Notes: generated from the letters alone by a model not told the origin. A stretch of DNA of 55,627 nt from an uncultured Bacillales bacterium (GCA_945929875.1 CAMEOO010000004.1:1-55627); one strand, 5' to 3'; counted from the first letter of the stretch, positions 19,005-29,626 are shown. Translations and numbers: made by a program.

Positions 19005-21095
19005 ATGAAACTTGTCATTGTTGAATCGCCTACAAAATGTAACACTATCAAAAAATATCTTGGTAGCGACTTCCAAGTCATGGCTTCTTGCGGTCATATT
19101 AGAGATCTTTCCACAAAAGGGAAAGGTGGTTTAGGTGTTGATATCGATCACGATTTTAAACCTGATTATGAAAACTCTAAAGATAAGTATAAAATTATTT
19201 CTGAATTAAAAAACGCAAAGAAAAAAGCAAGTGAAGTATATCTAGCAACCGACCCTGATCGGGAAGGAGAAGCAATTTCATGGCATCTTTGCGAAGTCCT
19301 AGGACTTGATCCAAATACTACAAAAAGATTAGAGTTTCACGAAATTACTAAAGGAGCGATCCTAAAAGCGATAGATAATCCTCGAGTTATCGACATGTCT
19401 TTAGTTCAATCACAAGAGACAAGAAGAATTATCGATCGCATCATGGGATTTAAATTATCTACTCTATTAAAAAACAAAATCGGTTCAGTATCTGCTGGAA
19501 GAGTTCAATCGGTTACCCTTAAACTTATTACTGATCGAGAAAAAGAGATTCAAGGTTTTGTTCCAAGCGAGTATTGGAATATCGAAGCGGAATTAGAAAA
19601 CGGGTTAAAAATAAAATATGAAAATTCCTTAGATGGCCAAAATAAGACTATTTCTTCTTTAGAGCAGGCTCAAAAGATCGTGGATAGTTTGTCTGATGAA
19701 TTTAAAGTAGATTCTCTTCAAGTCCGTTCAAGAAGAGTAGAATCAAAACCTCCATTTACTACTTCCACTTTGCAGCAAGAGGCTTACTCAAAACTGCACT
19801 TTTCTACGAAAAAGACTCAATCAGTCGCTCAAAAGTTATATGAAGGAGTCGATATTGGGAATAATGAAACCGTAGGTTTAATTACTTATATGAGAACAGA
19901 TTCAATAAGACTATCTCCTGAATTTGTTAATAATTCCATCAGTTTTATTAAAGATAATTATGGGCAATCATACGTTGGAAGAGAAAATACTAAGCAATCT
20001 AAAGGGATGGTTCAAGATGCTCACGAAGCGATTAGACCAACTAGTTTGAATTTAAATCCAAAGTCAATTAAACAATATTTATCTTCTGATGAATATAATT
20101 TGTACAATTTAATTTATAAAAGAGCTTTAGCCTCTTTAATGAGCGCTAAGCAAGAAGAAGTTACTCAAGTTAAATTTTTAAACAATGGTCAAATATTTAA
20201 ATGTGAAGGCGTAGTTACGACTTTTGATGGGTATTCAAAACTATATGAAACTGCTGATCAAAATTCTCAAGATAAAAAATTACCTCCTTTAGAAGCTGGC
20301 CAAATTATTAAATCAAAAGAAGTTACAAAAGAGCAAAAATTTACCTTGCCACCTAGTAGATTTAATGAAGCTAAACTTGTAAAGACGATGGAAGAATTAG
20401 GAATAGGAAGACCATCAACTTACGCTTCTACAATAAGCACATTAAAAGCTAGAAAATATGTTACTTCCGATAAAGGAGTATTTACTCCAACTGAACAAGG
20501 GATTGAAACAGTAAAACAACTTGCTCATTTCTTCCCACCATTTATGGATACAACTTACACGTCTAACATGGAAAAGAAATTAGATGATATCGTCGATGGA
20601 AATGATTCTAGAATTAATCTTTTAAGAAATTTCTATGAGGAATTTAATTCTTTCTATCAAGTAGCACTTAAAGAAATGGATAAAGCTAAACCAGTTGAAA
20701 CAGGTGAGATTTGTCCAGTTTGCTTTTCTCCTCTTGTGATTAAAAAATCTAAATTTGGAGAATTTACGGCTTGTTCAAATTATCCTACTTGCCGTTACAT
20801 TAAGCCAAAAGAAACAAAACCATTAGAGGTTTTAGAAAATGAAGTTTGCCCAAAGTGTGGTAGACCATTAGTTAAAAGAACTTCTAAAAATGGTGATTTT
20901 TACGCTTGCAGCGGATTCCCTTCATGCCGTTATATAAAAGGTCAAGAAGAGCAAAAGAAGTTAGATGAAATCACTGACAAGATCTGTCCAAAATGTGGAA
21001 AACCACTTTTAAAGAAAAAAGGAAGAAATAATAAAGGCGATTTCTTAGCTTGTTCTGGTTTTCCAAAATGTCGATATATCGAATCAATTAAATAA
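19005..21095 (+). CDS. topA: DNA topoisomerase I
   Basis: LVIVESPTK, ATDPDREGEAI, SAGRVQS, ITYMRTDS, three C4 zinc ribbons. Confidence 0.98.
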   Translation: MKLVIVESPTKCNTIKKYLGSDFQVMASCGHIRDLSTKGKGGLGVDIDHDFKPDYENSKDKYKIISELKNAKKKASEVYLATDPDREGEAISWHLCEVLGLDPNTTKRLEFHEITKGAILKAIDNPRVIDMSLVQSQETRRIIDRIMGFKLSTLLKNKIGSVSAGRVQSVTLKLITDREKEIQGFVPSEYWNIEAELENGLKIKYENSLDGQNKTISSLEQAQKIVDSLSDEFKVDSLQVRSRRVESKPPFTTSTLQQEAYSKLHFSTKKTQSVAQKLYEGVDIGNNETVGLITYMRTDSIRLSPEFVNNSISFIKDNYGQSYVGRENTKQSKGMVQDAHEAIRPTSLNLNPKSIKQYLSSDEYNLYNLIYKRALASLMSAKQEEVTQVKFLNNGQIFKCEGVVTTFDGYSKLYETADQNSQDKKLPPLEAGQIIKSKEVTKEQKFTLPPSRFNEAKLVKTMEELGIGRPSTYASTISTLKARKYVTSDKGVFTPTEQGIETVKQLAHFFPPFMDTTYTSNMEKKLDDIVDGNDSRINLLRNFYEEFNSFYQVALKEMDKAKPVETGEICPVCFSPLVIKKSKFGEFTACSNYPTCRYIKPKETKPLEVLENEVCPKCGRPLVKRTSKNGDFYACSGFPSCRYIKGQEEQKKLDEITDKICPKCGKPLLKKKGRNNKGDFLACSGFPKCRYIESIK

Positions 21096-21120
21096 GCTAG
21101 CTTGCTAGCTTTTTCTTTTT
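21094..21120 (+). terminator. Intrinsic terminator after topA
   Basis: AAGCTAGC-TT-GCTAGCTT followed by T-runs. Confidence 0.65.
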
Positions 21121-21170
21121 CTTGGGCTAGGAATTATTTATAATATTACTGAAGAAAGAGATGATTTTTT

Positions 21171-22448
21171 ATGAAAAATGTAAGAATTAATGTAATCGGT
21201 GCAGGTCTAGCGGGCTGTGAAGTTAGTTTCTATTTAGCAAATAAAGGTTATGAAGTTAATCTTTATGAACAAAGGCCAAAAAATACTACCGGAGCTCATA
21301 AAAGTGATTTATTTGGTGAATTAGTTTGCTCAAATTCTTTAAAAAATATGAAGCTAGATAACGCTTGTGGATTATTAAAAGAAGAAATGCGTCAATTTAA
21401 TTCTTTAATTTTAAAAGCTGCAGAAGTAAGTCAAGTTCCTGCAGGAAACGCTTTAAGTGTCGATCGTAAACTTTTTGGTGAATACATTACAAGTCAAATT
21501 AAAAATCACTCAAATATCAACGTGATAATTGAAGAAGTAGAAGAATTAAAAGAGGGGATAAATATTATTGCTACTGGTCCTTTAACTAGTCAAAAAATGA
21601 CTAAAACTCTTCAAAAAATTCTTGGGGAAGATTTCTTATTTTTCTATGATGCAGCAGCGCCAATAATTGAAAAAGATTCTGTCGATATGACAATCGCTTA
21701 TAAAAAAAGTCGATATGATCAAGGGGATGACTCCTATATAAATTGCCCTTTTGATAAAGAACAATATGAAAAGTTTTATCAAGAGCTAATTCATGGAGAA
21801 AGAGCAAAACTTCATGAATTCGATAAAGTATTTGAAGCTTGTATGCCAATTGAAGTGATGGCATTAAGAGGAGAGAAAACTTTAAGATTTGGGCCATTAA
21901 AACCTAAAGGATTAGAACATGGTGGAATAAAACCTTACGCCGTCCTTCAACTAAGGCAAGATAATGTTTCTGGCTCTTTATATAACATGGTAGGCTTCCA
22001 AACAAATTTGACTTATCCTGAACAAAAAAGGATCTTTAGAATGATTCCAGGCTTAGAAAATGCAGAGTTTGTTCGTTATGGTTTAATGCATCGTAACACA
22101 TATATATGTGCGCCTAAACACTTAAATAGAGACTTTTCATTAAAGAACAATTCTAATGTTTATATTGTTGGCCAATTATCTGGGGTAGAAGGATATGTCG
22201 AATCAGCTATGAGCGGTCTTTTATGTGCGGTTTATTTAGATTTAAAGTTAAGAGGAAAAGAATTTGTATCAGTTCCTCAAACTACGATGATGGGATCAAT
22301 CGTCAATTATATATGCTTGTGTTCTACTAAAAATTTTGCACCGATGAACGCAAATTTTGGAATAATGAACAATATGTTAAAAGATCGCTTAGAAATGGCT
22401 AATCGTTCCTTAGATAGTTTAAAGAAGTGGATAGAGGAAAATCTATGA
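21171..22448 (+). CDS. trmFO: Folate/FAD-dependent tRNA U54 methyltransferase TrmFO (Gid)
   Basis: VIGAGLAGCE, ELVCSNSL, FGPLKPKGL, VGFQTNL, GVEGYVES. Confidence 0.96.
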   Translation: MKNVRINVIGAGLAGCEVSFYLANKGYEVNLYEQRPKNTTGAHKSDLFGELVCSNSLKNMKLDNACGLLKEEMRQFNSLILKAAEVSQVPAGNALSVDRKLFGEYITSQIKNHSNINVIIEEVEELKEGINIIATGPLTSQKMTKTLQKILGEDFLFFYDAAAPIIEKDSVDMTIAYKKSRYDQGDDSYINCPFDKEQYEKFYQELIHGERAKLHEFDKVFEACMPIEVMALRGEKTLRFGPLKPKGLEHGGIKPYAVLQLRQDNVSGSLYNMVGFQTNLTYPEQKRIFRMIPGLENAEFVRYGLMHRNTYICAPKHLNRDFSLKNNSNVYIVGQLSGVEGYVESAMSGLLCAVYLDLKLRGKEFVSVPQTTMMGSIVNYICLCSTKNFAPMNANFGIMNNMLKDRLEMANRSLDSLKKWIEENL

Positions 22449-23356
22449 TCGATGTCCTTAAGTCATATTTAGAATACCTAGAATTACAAAAGAGATATTC
22501 ACCTCACACCATCGATAGCTATAAAAGAGATATCGAAAAGTTTTTAAATTTTATGAATGATGAAGGGTATACATATAAAAATGTGGATGAAATATTAATT
22601 AGAAATTTCTTAATGAAGGAAAGAAGAAATAATATATCTGCCCGAAGTAATCAAAGAAGATTAATCGCCTTAAGAAAGTTTTACGATTATTTACTACGTT
22701 ATGATTATGTTGATTCTAACCCCTTTTTAGTGATTCGTTCTCCAAAAGTAACTAAAAATCCTCCTCAAGTTTTATATGAGCAAGAACTTGATAAATTGTT
22801 TGCTTACAATTATTCAAGAACGGATTTCTTAGCTAAAAGAGATCAAGCTATTTTAGAACTTTTATATGCTTCTGGTCTTCGTGTCAGCGAGCTTGTATCT
22901 TTGACTCTTCAAGATATTTATTCAAGGCAAAGAATCTTGAAGATTAATGGTAAAGGCAATAAGCAAAGGATGGTCCCTTATTCGATAAAAGCTCAGGAAG
23001 CATTAAATGATTATATTTTAAATTGCCGAAATGAAATATTTAAAAAGAATTCAATAGAAAATCCAACTAATATTTTATTTGTTAATGACAAAGGTAATCC
23101 TTTAACTACAAGAGGAGTAGAGTATATCATCGCAAAAATTGATGAAAAAGCGGGAACTAATTTTAAGCTTCACCCTCATACCTTAAGGCATACTTTTGCT
23201 ACGCACCTACTTGACAATGGCGCGGACTTACGAACTATTCAAGAATTATTAGGTCACGCTAGTTTAAATACCACGCAAGTTTATACTCATGTTTCTTCTT
23301 CAAAAATGTTAGAAGAGTATCAAAAAAACTTTCCGAGAGCTAAAAAGAAAGAATAG
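22445..23356 (+). CDS. xerC: Tyrosine recombinase XerC/CodV-like
   Basis: LLYASGLRVSEL, GKGNKQR, HPHTLRHTFATHLL, LLGH..TTQVYTH; ATGA overlap with trmFO; housekeeping synteny. Confidence 0.92.
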   Translation: MIDVLKSYLEYLELQKRYSPHTIDSYKRDIEKFLNFMNDEGYTYKNVDEILIRNFLMKERRNNISARSNQRRLIALRKFYDYLLRYDYVDSNPFLVIRSPKVTKNPPQVLYEQELDKLFAYNYSRTDFLAKRDQAILELLYASGLRVSELVSLTLQDIYSRQRILKINGKGNKQRMVPYSIKAQEALNDYILNCRNEIFKKNSIENPTNILFVNDKGNPLTTRGVEYIIAKIDEKAGTNFKLHPHTLRHTFATHLLDNGADLRTIQELLGHASLNTTQVYTHVSSSKMLEEYQKNFPRAKKKE

Positions 23357-23411
23357 TTTAGAATTATTAGGTTAATATTATATATTAATATTAATTATTG
23401 ATATTTTTCGC

Positions 23412-23441
23412 TTGCTTAATTCTAGACAAACGTGATATCAT
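23412..23441 (+). promoter_or_regulatory. rpsB-tsf promoter
   Basis: TTGCTT-18 nt-TATCAT with extended -10 TG. Confidence 0.55.
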
Positions 23442-23447
23442 AAATTG

Positions 23448-23570
23448 GCTCCTTAAAGGAGACTACACACTTTGTGGATTCATCACTCGGTTCTAACTAG
23501 CCAAGGGGCAAGAAAGTTAGGGGTGATGTTGGAAGCAAAGGCGGATATTAACAAAATAGGAGGCTCAAAA
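23448..23570 (+). ncRNA. Structured rpsB (S2) leader RNA
   Basis: ACACAC motif, nested stems CTTTG/CAAAG, CATCACTC/GGGGTGATG, CTAACT/AGTTAG, then GCGGA and SD AGGAGG, as in Firmicute S2 leaders. Confidence 0.75.
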
Positions 23571-24668
23571 ATGAGTGAAGAAAAAGAAGTCGTCGAACAA
23601 CAAGAAGTTGTTGACACAGTAATGGAAGCAGTCATCCACGATGAAAACGAACCAGTCGTTTCCACAAAAAGACTATTAGAAGCAGGATGTCATTTTGGAC
23701 ATCAAACTCGTAGATGGAACCCAAGAATGAGTTCATATATCTATGGAGCAAGAAATGGAATTTACATTATCGATTTGGTAAAGACCGCTCAAAAGTTACA
23801 AGAAGCTTATCAAGCTTTAAAGAAAATCGTTTTAAATGGTGGAAAGGTTTTATTTGTTGGTACTAAAAAACAATGCCAAGAAATCGTTCAAGAAGAAGCA
23901 GTTCGTTCTGGTTCATTCTACGTTTCAAATCGTTGGTTAGGTGGTACATTAACAAACTTCAAAACTATCCAAAAGAGAATTAAATATTTAAATAGCTTAG
24001 AGGCTATGGAAGAAGATGGCTCATTTGATACAATGCCAAAGAAAGAAGTAGTTTTATTAAGAAAAGAAAAAGAAAAATTACTAAAGAACTTAGATGGTAT
24101 CAAAGCAATGAGAAAAGTTCCTAATGCAGTATTTGTAGTTGATCCAAAACTAGAACACAATGCAGTTAGCGAAGCTCACAAATTAAATATCCCAGTATTT
24201 GGTATCTGCGATACTAACTCAGATCCAACTGAAGTTGACTTCCCAATCCCATCTAATGATGATGCAGTAAAAGCAGTTAAATTAATCGTTGGCTTACTTG
24301 CTGATGCAGTAGTTGAAGCAAAAGGTGGACAAACAATGGTTGCTTATGGAGTTCAACCAGAAGAAGAAGTTTCAATGATCGACGCTTTAAATTCATTTGA
24401 TAAAGCTGAAGAGTTAAAACAAATTAGACAAAAAGCTAGAGAAGATATGCTAGCTAGTAAGAAAAAAGATGGACGTTCTTCTCATCCTTCAAAAAAACCA
24501 GTAAAGGTTGAAAAGAAAGAGGAAGTTAAAGTAGAAGAAGCTCCTGAAGTTGCTCCAGAAGTAAAAGTAGAAGCTGCCCCTGAAATAGCAGAAGAAGCTA
24601 AACCAGTTAAAAAAGCAAGAAAAACTACAAAGAAAGTTGAAGAAGCACCTGCTGAAGATAAGGAGTAA
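23571..24668 (+). CDS. rpsB: 30S ribosomal protein S2 with N- and C-terminal extensions
   Basis: [41 protein letters not shown]; start moved to ATG 23571. Confidence 0.98.
   Translation: MSEEKEVVEQQEVVDTVMEAVIHDENEPVVSTKRLLEAGCHFGHQTRRWNPRMSSYIYGARNGIYIIDLVKTAQKLQEAYQALKKIVLNGGKVLFVGTKKQCQEIVQEEAVRSGSFYVSNRWLGGTLTNFKTIQKRIKYLNSLEAMEEDGSFDTMPKKEVVLLRKEKEKLLKNLDGIKAMRKVPNAVFVVDPKLEHNAVSEAHKLNIPVFGICDTNSDPTEVDFPIPSNDDAVKAVKLIVGLLADAVVEAKGGQTMVAYGVQPEEEVSMIDALNSFDKAEELKQIRQKAREDMLASKKKDGRSSHPSKKPVKVEKKEEVKVEEAPEVAPEVKVEAAPEIAEEAKPVKKARKTTKKVEEAPAEDKE
24522..24593 (+). repeat. 36-bp imperfect tandem duplication in the rpsB tail
   Basis: GAAGTTAAAGTAGAAGAAGCTCCTGAAGTTGCTCCA / GAAGTAAAAGTAGAAGCTGCCCCTGAAATAGCAGAA encode [12 protein letters not shown] / [12 protein letters not shown]. 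Confidence 0.8.
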
Positions 24669-24672
24669 AACA

Positions 24673-25542
24673 ATGGCATCAAATATTATTGAATTAATCA
24701 AAGTTTTAAGAGAACGTACCGGCGCAGGTATGATGGATTGCAAAGCTGCTTTACTAGCAAATGATCTCGACGTTGAAAAATCATGCGAATGGTTAAGAGA
24801 AAAAGGTATTGCTAAAGCCGCTAAAAAAGCATCTCGTATCGCTGCTGAAGGATTAACTTACGTAGTAACAAAAGGTAATGATGCAGTAATTCTTGAAATT
24901 AACTCAGAAACCGACTTCGTCGCTAAATCAGATGATTTCAAAAACCTTGTAAGCGAAGTAGCTTCTATCGTATTAGAAAAGAAACCTGCTTGCATCAATT
25001 GCGCAAAAGAATTAACAAACGAACTATTCACTAATGCAACAGTTAAAATTGGGGAAAAATTAGATTTCAGAAGATTTGAAATCGTCTCTAAAAATGATTC
25101 TCAAACATTTGGCGCATATATGCACATGGGTGGAAAAATCTCCGTATTGACTTTAGTTGAAGGTCTTGACGAAGAAGTTGCTAAAGGATTATCTATGCAC
25201 ATCGCCGCAAATAACCCATCGTATATTTCTAGTAGCGACATTCCTCAAGAAGCTATTGAAAATGAAAAGAGAATTCAAACTGAAGCCGCTAAAAACGATG
25301 AGAAATTAAAAGGTAAACCTGAACAAGCATTAGTTAAAATCATCGAAGGTAAAGTAAATAAAATCTTCTCTGAAACTTGCTTGCTATCTCAAGAATACTT
25401 ACTTGATCCAAGCAAAAAAGTTGAACAACTATTAAAAGAAAAAGGACTTAAAGTTGTTAAATTTGTCCGTTATGCAGTAGGCGAAGGTATTGCAAAACGC
25501 GAAGAAAACTTTGCTGAAGAAGTTGCTAAACAAATGCAATAA
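24673..25542 (+). CDS. tsf: Elongation factor Ts
   Basis: LRERTGAGMMDCK, EINSETDFVAK, MHIAA, RYAVGEGI; ATG 24673 behind AAGGAG. Confidence 0.98.
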   Translation: MASNIIELIKVLRERTGAGMMDCKAALLANDLDVEKSCEWLREKGIAKAAKKASRIAAEGLTYVVTKGNDAVILEINSETDFVAKSDDFKNLVSEVASIVLEKKPACINCAKELTNELFTNATVKIGEKLDFRRFEIVSKNDSQTFGAYMHMGGKISVLTLVEGLDEEVAKGLSMHIAANNPSYISSSDIPQEAIENEKRIQTEAAKNDEKLKGKPEQALVKIIEGKVNKIFSETCLLSQEYLLDPSKKVEQLLKEKGLKVVKFVRYAVGEGIAKREENFAEEVAKQMQ

Positions 25543-25547
25543 AAATT

Positions 25548-25574
25548 AAGCACTCTTTTTATGAGTGCTTTTTT
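25548..25574 (+). terminator. Intrinsic terminator after tsf
   Basis: AAGCACTC...GAGTGCTT followed by T's. Confidence 0.75.
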
Positions 25575-25594
25575 AAGAAAAGAAAGGGAATCAG

Positions 25595-26317
25595 ATGGCT
25601 AAATATAAAAGAGTTTTAGTGAAGTTATCAGGTGAAGCTTTAGCTAAAAAAGGCAAAGATGAAATATTCGATGCAACAAATTTAAACCAAGTGGCCTTAG
25701 CTTTAAAATCTATCGTAGATAAAGGAGTTCAAGTGTCGGTTGTTGTAGGTGGAGGTAATATTTGGCGAGGGAAACTTGCTGAATCAATTGGTGTAGAGAG
25801 ATCCACCGCTGACTATATGGGGATGCTCGGAACGATTATTAATGCTTTAGCTCTTCAATCCGCTTTAAATCAAGTAGGCGTCGATTCGAGAGTCATGAGC
25901 GCAATTGAAGTTAGGCAAGTGTGCGAACCATATATCAAGCTAAGAGCGATTAGACATTTAGAAAAAGGTAGAATCGTCATATTTGGTGGAGGAACTGGTA
26001 GCCCATATTTTACCACTGATACTACCGCTGCCTTAAGAGCAAATGACATTAATTGCGATGCGATTTTAATGGCTAAAAACGGTGTAGATGGAGTTTACAC
26101 TTCTGATCCTAGAACAAACAAAGATGCTAAGTTTATTTCTAATATCTCATATAAAGAAATGTTAGATATGAATCTTCAAGTTATGGATCGAACAGCAGTT
26201 TCTCTATGCATGGATACAAATATCGAGCTTAGAGTATTCAACATGAATGATACTTCAAACTTTATAAAAGTAATTGAAGGGGAAAATATTGGTACAACAA
26301 TTAGAAAGGAAAATTAA
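25595..26317 (+). CDS. pyrH: UMP kinase
   Basis: VKLSGEAL, VGGGNIWRG, ADYMGML, PYFTTDT. Confidence 0.97.
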   Translation: MAKYKRVLVKLSGEALAKKGKDEIFDATNLNQVALALKSIVDKGVQVSVVVGGGNIWRGKLAESIGVERSTADYMGMLGTIINALALQSALNQVGVDSRVMSAIEVRQVCEPYIKLRAIRHLEKGRIVIFGGGTGSPYFTTDTTAALRANDINCDAILMAKNGVDGVYTSDPRTNKDAKFISNISYKEMLDMNLQVMDRTAVSLCMDTNIELRVFNMNDTSNFIKVIEGENIGTTIRKEN

Positions 26318-26320
26318 GAA

Positions 26321-26866
26321 ATGGAAGAAATTATTATTTTAGCAAGAGAATCAATGGAAAAATCAATTCAATCTATTAAGTTTAATTTAAATACAATTAG
26401 AACTGGTAGAGCATCAGCTCAATTATTAGATAATATAGAAGTTGATTATTATGGATGTCCTACTCCATTAATCCAAGTTGCTTCAGTTTCAATTCCTGAG
26501 CCACGTCAACTATTAATCAAACCATATTCTAGAGAAGATTTAAAATCGATTATTGCCGCTATAAACGCTTCTAATTTGGGACTTACTCCAATTAATGATG
26601 GAACTTCAATTAGATTAAATATTCCACCTCTAACTGAAGACAGAAGAAGAGATTTAGCTAAGCAAGCTAAAAGATATGGTGAAGATGGAAAAGTTGCTAT
26701 TAGAAATATCCGTAGAGAATATATGGATGAATTAAAAAGCGATAAAGAATTGCCTGAAGATACAAGGAAGAGATTAGAGCAAGAAGTCCAAAAAGTTACA
26801 GATGAATTCGTTAAGAAAATTGATGAAATCTGTGCTGAAAAAGAAAAAGAAATCATGACAATTTAA
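26321..26866 (+). CDS. frr: Ribosome recycling factor
   Basis: IRTGRAS, VDYYGCPTPL, PPLTEDRR, VAIRNIRR. Confidence 0.98.
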   Translation: MEEIIILARESMEKSIQSIKFNLNTIRTGRASAQLLDNIEVDYYGCPTPLIQVASVSIPEPRQLLIKPYSREDLKSIIAAINASNLGLTPINDGTSIRLNIPPLTEDRRRDLAKQAKRYGEDGKVAIRNIRREYMDELKSDKELPEDTRKRLEQEVQKVTDEFVKKIDEICAEKEKEIMTI

Positions 26867-26867
26867 T

Positions 26868-26893
26868 GGTATACGCTTGACGTATACCTTTTT
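26868..26893 (+). terminator. Intrinsic terminator after frr
   Basis: GGTATACG-CTTGA-CGTATACC followed by T's. Confidence 0.75.
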
Positions 26894-26901
26894 AAAAGGA
26901 G

Positions 26902-27786
26902 ATGTTAATTATGAGACTAGGAGAAGAATGTAGAACTTGTTTATTTAATAGTCAATCAAAAAAAGTAAACAAATATGAAGATAGTAAGAAGAAAGAAGAG
27001 TTTTTATCTAATTTAAAAACATTGTGTGATACTTATCCTTCTAATGGGGCTTCTCCTTTACTAATGAGAGAGATAAATAGACTTCACGAAAAGATATTTT
27101 CCTTTTCTTTAGATTACTCTAAAGAGAAAGTAAAATTTAATTCTATTTGTTTATCTTATGAAAAAGAAATTGAAGAAATCATTTCTTCAAGCGATGATTC
27201 ACTTAAAAAAGCTATTCAATTTGCTATTGTTGGAAACTTGATAGATTTTGCTAAATTAACTTCAATTGATATTGATTTATTAGAGTATTTCAAAGAAAAA
27301 GTAAGTGAGCAAAAAATCGATGACACAGTGTTATCGATGCTAAAAGAAGATTTATCTAAAAGTAACAAAGTCACCTATTTATTAGATAATTGCGGCGAAG
27401 TAGTTTTTGATAAAATCTTGATTAAAGAGATATTGAAAAAATATCCTCATATCGAATTAACCGCGGTGGTGAGAGGGAAAGAGGTTCTCAATGACGTAAC
27501 TTACTTTGATAGCAAGATGATTAATTTAGATAAAGTGTGTAAAGTAATTGATAATGGAACAGATATTCCAGGAACTTACCTAAAAGAGATTTCATCTTCG
27601 TGCTTACAGCAAATTAATTCTAGCCAAGTCATTATTTCTAAAGGGCTTGGAAACTTTGAAACTTTACATGGATGTAAGAAAAATATTTATTATATGTTTT
27701 TATGTAAATGCGATTATTTCGCCAATAAGTTTAATTTAAATAAGTGGGAAAGCGTTCTGACAAATGAACAACTTTTAAATGGTTAA
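26902..27786 (+). CDS. DUF89/ARMT1-like damage-control phosphatase
   Basis: N-terminal CxxC, AIVGNLIDF, LLDNCGE, VLNDVT, ISKGLGNFE, LCKC. Confidence 0.9.
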   Translation: MLIMRLGEECRTCLFNSQSKKVNKYEDSKKKEEFLSNLKTLCDTYPSNGASPLLMREINRLHEKIFSFSLDYSKEKVKFNSICLSYEKEIEEIISSSDDSLKKAIQFAIVGNLIDFAKLTSIDIDLLEYFKEKVSEQKIDDTVLSMLKEDLSKSNKVTYLLDNCGEVVFDKILIKEILKKYPHIELTAVVRGKEVLNDVTYFDSKMINLDKVCKVIDNGTDIPGTYLKEISSSCLQQINSSQVIISKGLGNFETLHGCKKNIYYMFLCKCDYFANKFNLNKWESVLTNEQLLNG

Positions 27787-28287
27787 TTCGTAAGCTAAGC
27801 GTTGATTGTCTTCTTCTTCACGCTTTAAATAAATGATTCCACGAAAAGAAAAATTATTGTCTAGTAGAATTTTCTGCATGGCAATATTTTTTTTATGGGT
27901 GTCGACCTTAATAGAATGAATCTTTTTTCTTTTTGCATAATCTATTGCAAATTTAATTAATTGATCGCCTATTTTTTTGTTGTGATAAATATTTCTTACA
28001 GCAATTCGATGAATTACTAAGTCTTTTTGTGAAGGCTTCTTTATCCATTTTCCAAGGGTGATTTCTTTATAGTTTTCATCTTCTCCTATAATTAGACTTT
28101 CTATTCCAATTAATAAGTTATCTTGATAGATTCCAAAAAGATTTCCACAATTAATATCATTTAACATAATTTCTTCATTTGGATAATTATTTTGCCATTG
28201 AGAAGACTGAGTTTTTAATAACCTTTTGGCGTCAGAAATTATTTCCATTACTGAAATGATTTCTTCTTTATTTACTTTTTCAATCAT
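27775..28287 (-). CDS. GNAT family N-acetyltransferase
   Basis: QWQNNYP, VIHRIAV, VDTHKKNIAMQ, FSFRGII. Confidence 0.88.
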   Translation of the reverse strand: MIEKVNKEEIISVMEIISDAKRLLKTQSSQWQNNYPNEEIMLNDINCGNLFGIYQDNLLIGIESLIIGEDENYKEITLGKWIKKPSQKDLVIHRIAVRNIYHNKKIGDQLIKFAIDYAKRKKIHSIKVDTHKKNIAMQKILLDNNFSFRGIIYLKREEEDNQRLAYELTI

Positions 28288-28288
28288 A

Positions 28289-29626
28289 TTATTTCCTAAC
28301 GATAGCTTTATTCATCCATTTATTGCTTTGCCATCTAAATAGCATCATAACCGCTCTAACGCATTCATCTAAAGCTTGGGCTAAGAAAATACCTAAAAAT
28401 CCTAGATTGAGCCAAATTCCAAGGACCCAGCTTCCTAAAGAAGAGAAGATAAACATTGAGATAATTGCCCCAATTAATGGGAAGACGACATCTCCTGATG
28501 CTTTTAATGAGTTGATAAAAATTAAATTGATGCATCTACCAGTTTCATAGATAAACATATAGGACAAAATACTAGTGGCATAATTAATAACACTTTGATA
28601 ATCCTCTTGATCTTTTACTATTAGGTAAATAATATCCTCCCCAAACAAATTTAGTAAAATAATTACCATTAGTAAAATAGGAAAACAAAGTAAATATGAC
28701 TGATAAGTTCTTTTTTTGGCTTGAAGATATTTTCCTTCACCCACATCGTGACCCACTAAAATGGCATTGGCTTGTCCAAAGGCTACAGAGAATTGATAAA
28801 TGTAAGTCATTATTAAATTAATGTATGATCTAGCTAGCATTTCTGCTTTTGTCAATTGATTAACCGCAGCTGTAACAAATAAGCCAGAAATCGTGTAGCA
28901 GAAAGATTCTAAAGCGGAAGGAAGACCAATTAACAACACTTTCTTTAAATGATAAAAAGAAAATTTTAATGAATAGATTTTATCTTTTAGTAGTATTGGC
29001 GCGGTCACTAAAGAAAGAATCAAAGTAATAATTTGACTGACTAAAGTGGCTATCGCAGCACCTTTAATTCCTAAAGGAGGTATTCCTAGTTTTCCAAAGA
29101 TAAGAATGTAGTTTAATATGACATTTAAGATATTTGAAATAACTGCAATAATAGTCATAAACGCTGGCTTTTGATTTGATCTTAAGTTTGCTGCGATTAT
29201 GTTTACAATTGCGCTACAAGGCATACCAAAACTGACGATGGACAAATATGTCATCGCATCATTAATATACTCTTTTGGGCAGTCGATTAATTGTAGAAGA
29301 TATTTTTGAAAGATTAATAAAATTGCCATTAAGACTAAACTGAGGCAAAAATTAAAAATGATTCCATTATTGAATGCTTTTTTTGCGTCATCTTTCTGTT
29401 TAGCTCCTAAGTATTGAGAAATAACAATTCCAACTCCAGTAGAGCAAATCATTAGAAGAACGTTGAGCATATTGATGACAGTGCTGGCGTTATTCATCGC
29501 TAAAACGTAGTTTTCATTATATGAGTTTATCATTAAAACATCTATTGAGTTTAATAGATTAAATAAGAATAATTGAATGAAAATAGGTATGCCAAGGGAT
29601 AATATGCTAGCTTTTTTCTCTTTCAT
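28289..29626 (-). CDS. MATE family efflux transporter
   Basis: About 12 TM; ISQYLGA, NILNVILNYILIFG..PLGIKGAAIAT, LKASGDV. Confidence 0.93.
   Translation of the reverse strand: MKEKKASILSLGIPIFIQLFLFNLLNSIDVLMINSYNENYVLAMNNASTVINMLNVLLMICSTGVGIVISQYLGAKQKDDAKKAFNNGIIFNFCLSLVLMAILLIFQKYLLQLIDCPKEYINDAMTYLSIVSFGMPCSAIVNIIAANLRSNQKPAFMTIIAVISNILNVILNYILIFGKLGIPPLGIKGAAIATLVSQIITLILSLVTAPILLKDKIYSLKFSFYHLKKVLLIGLPSALESFCYTISGLFVTAAVNQLTKAEMLARSYINLIMTYIYQFSVAFGQANAILVGHDVGEGKYLQAKKRTYQSYLLCFPILLMVIILLNLFGEDIIYLIVKDQEDYQSVINYATSILSYMFIYETGRCINLIFINSLKASGDVVFPLIGAIISMFIFSSLGSWVLGIWLNLGFLGIFLAQALDECVRAVMMLFRWQSNKWMNKAIVRK

Noticed and set aside
22446-22448. Mycoplasma-type code 4 (TGA=Trp)
   Set aside because: TGA ends trmFO and the 53651-54082 ORF in ATGA overlaps, and conserved genes are full length under code 11.
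22445-23356. Tyrosine recombinase as the integrase of a mobile element
   Set aside because: It sits in the conserved topA-trmFO-xerC context with no att repeats or cargo; housekeeping XerC.
23365-23400. AT-rich symmetric stretch after xerC as a dif site
   Set aside because: It lacks the TTATGT(T/A)AA XerD arm; symmetry is expected in near-pure AT sequence.
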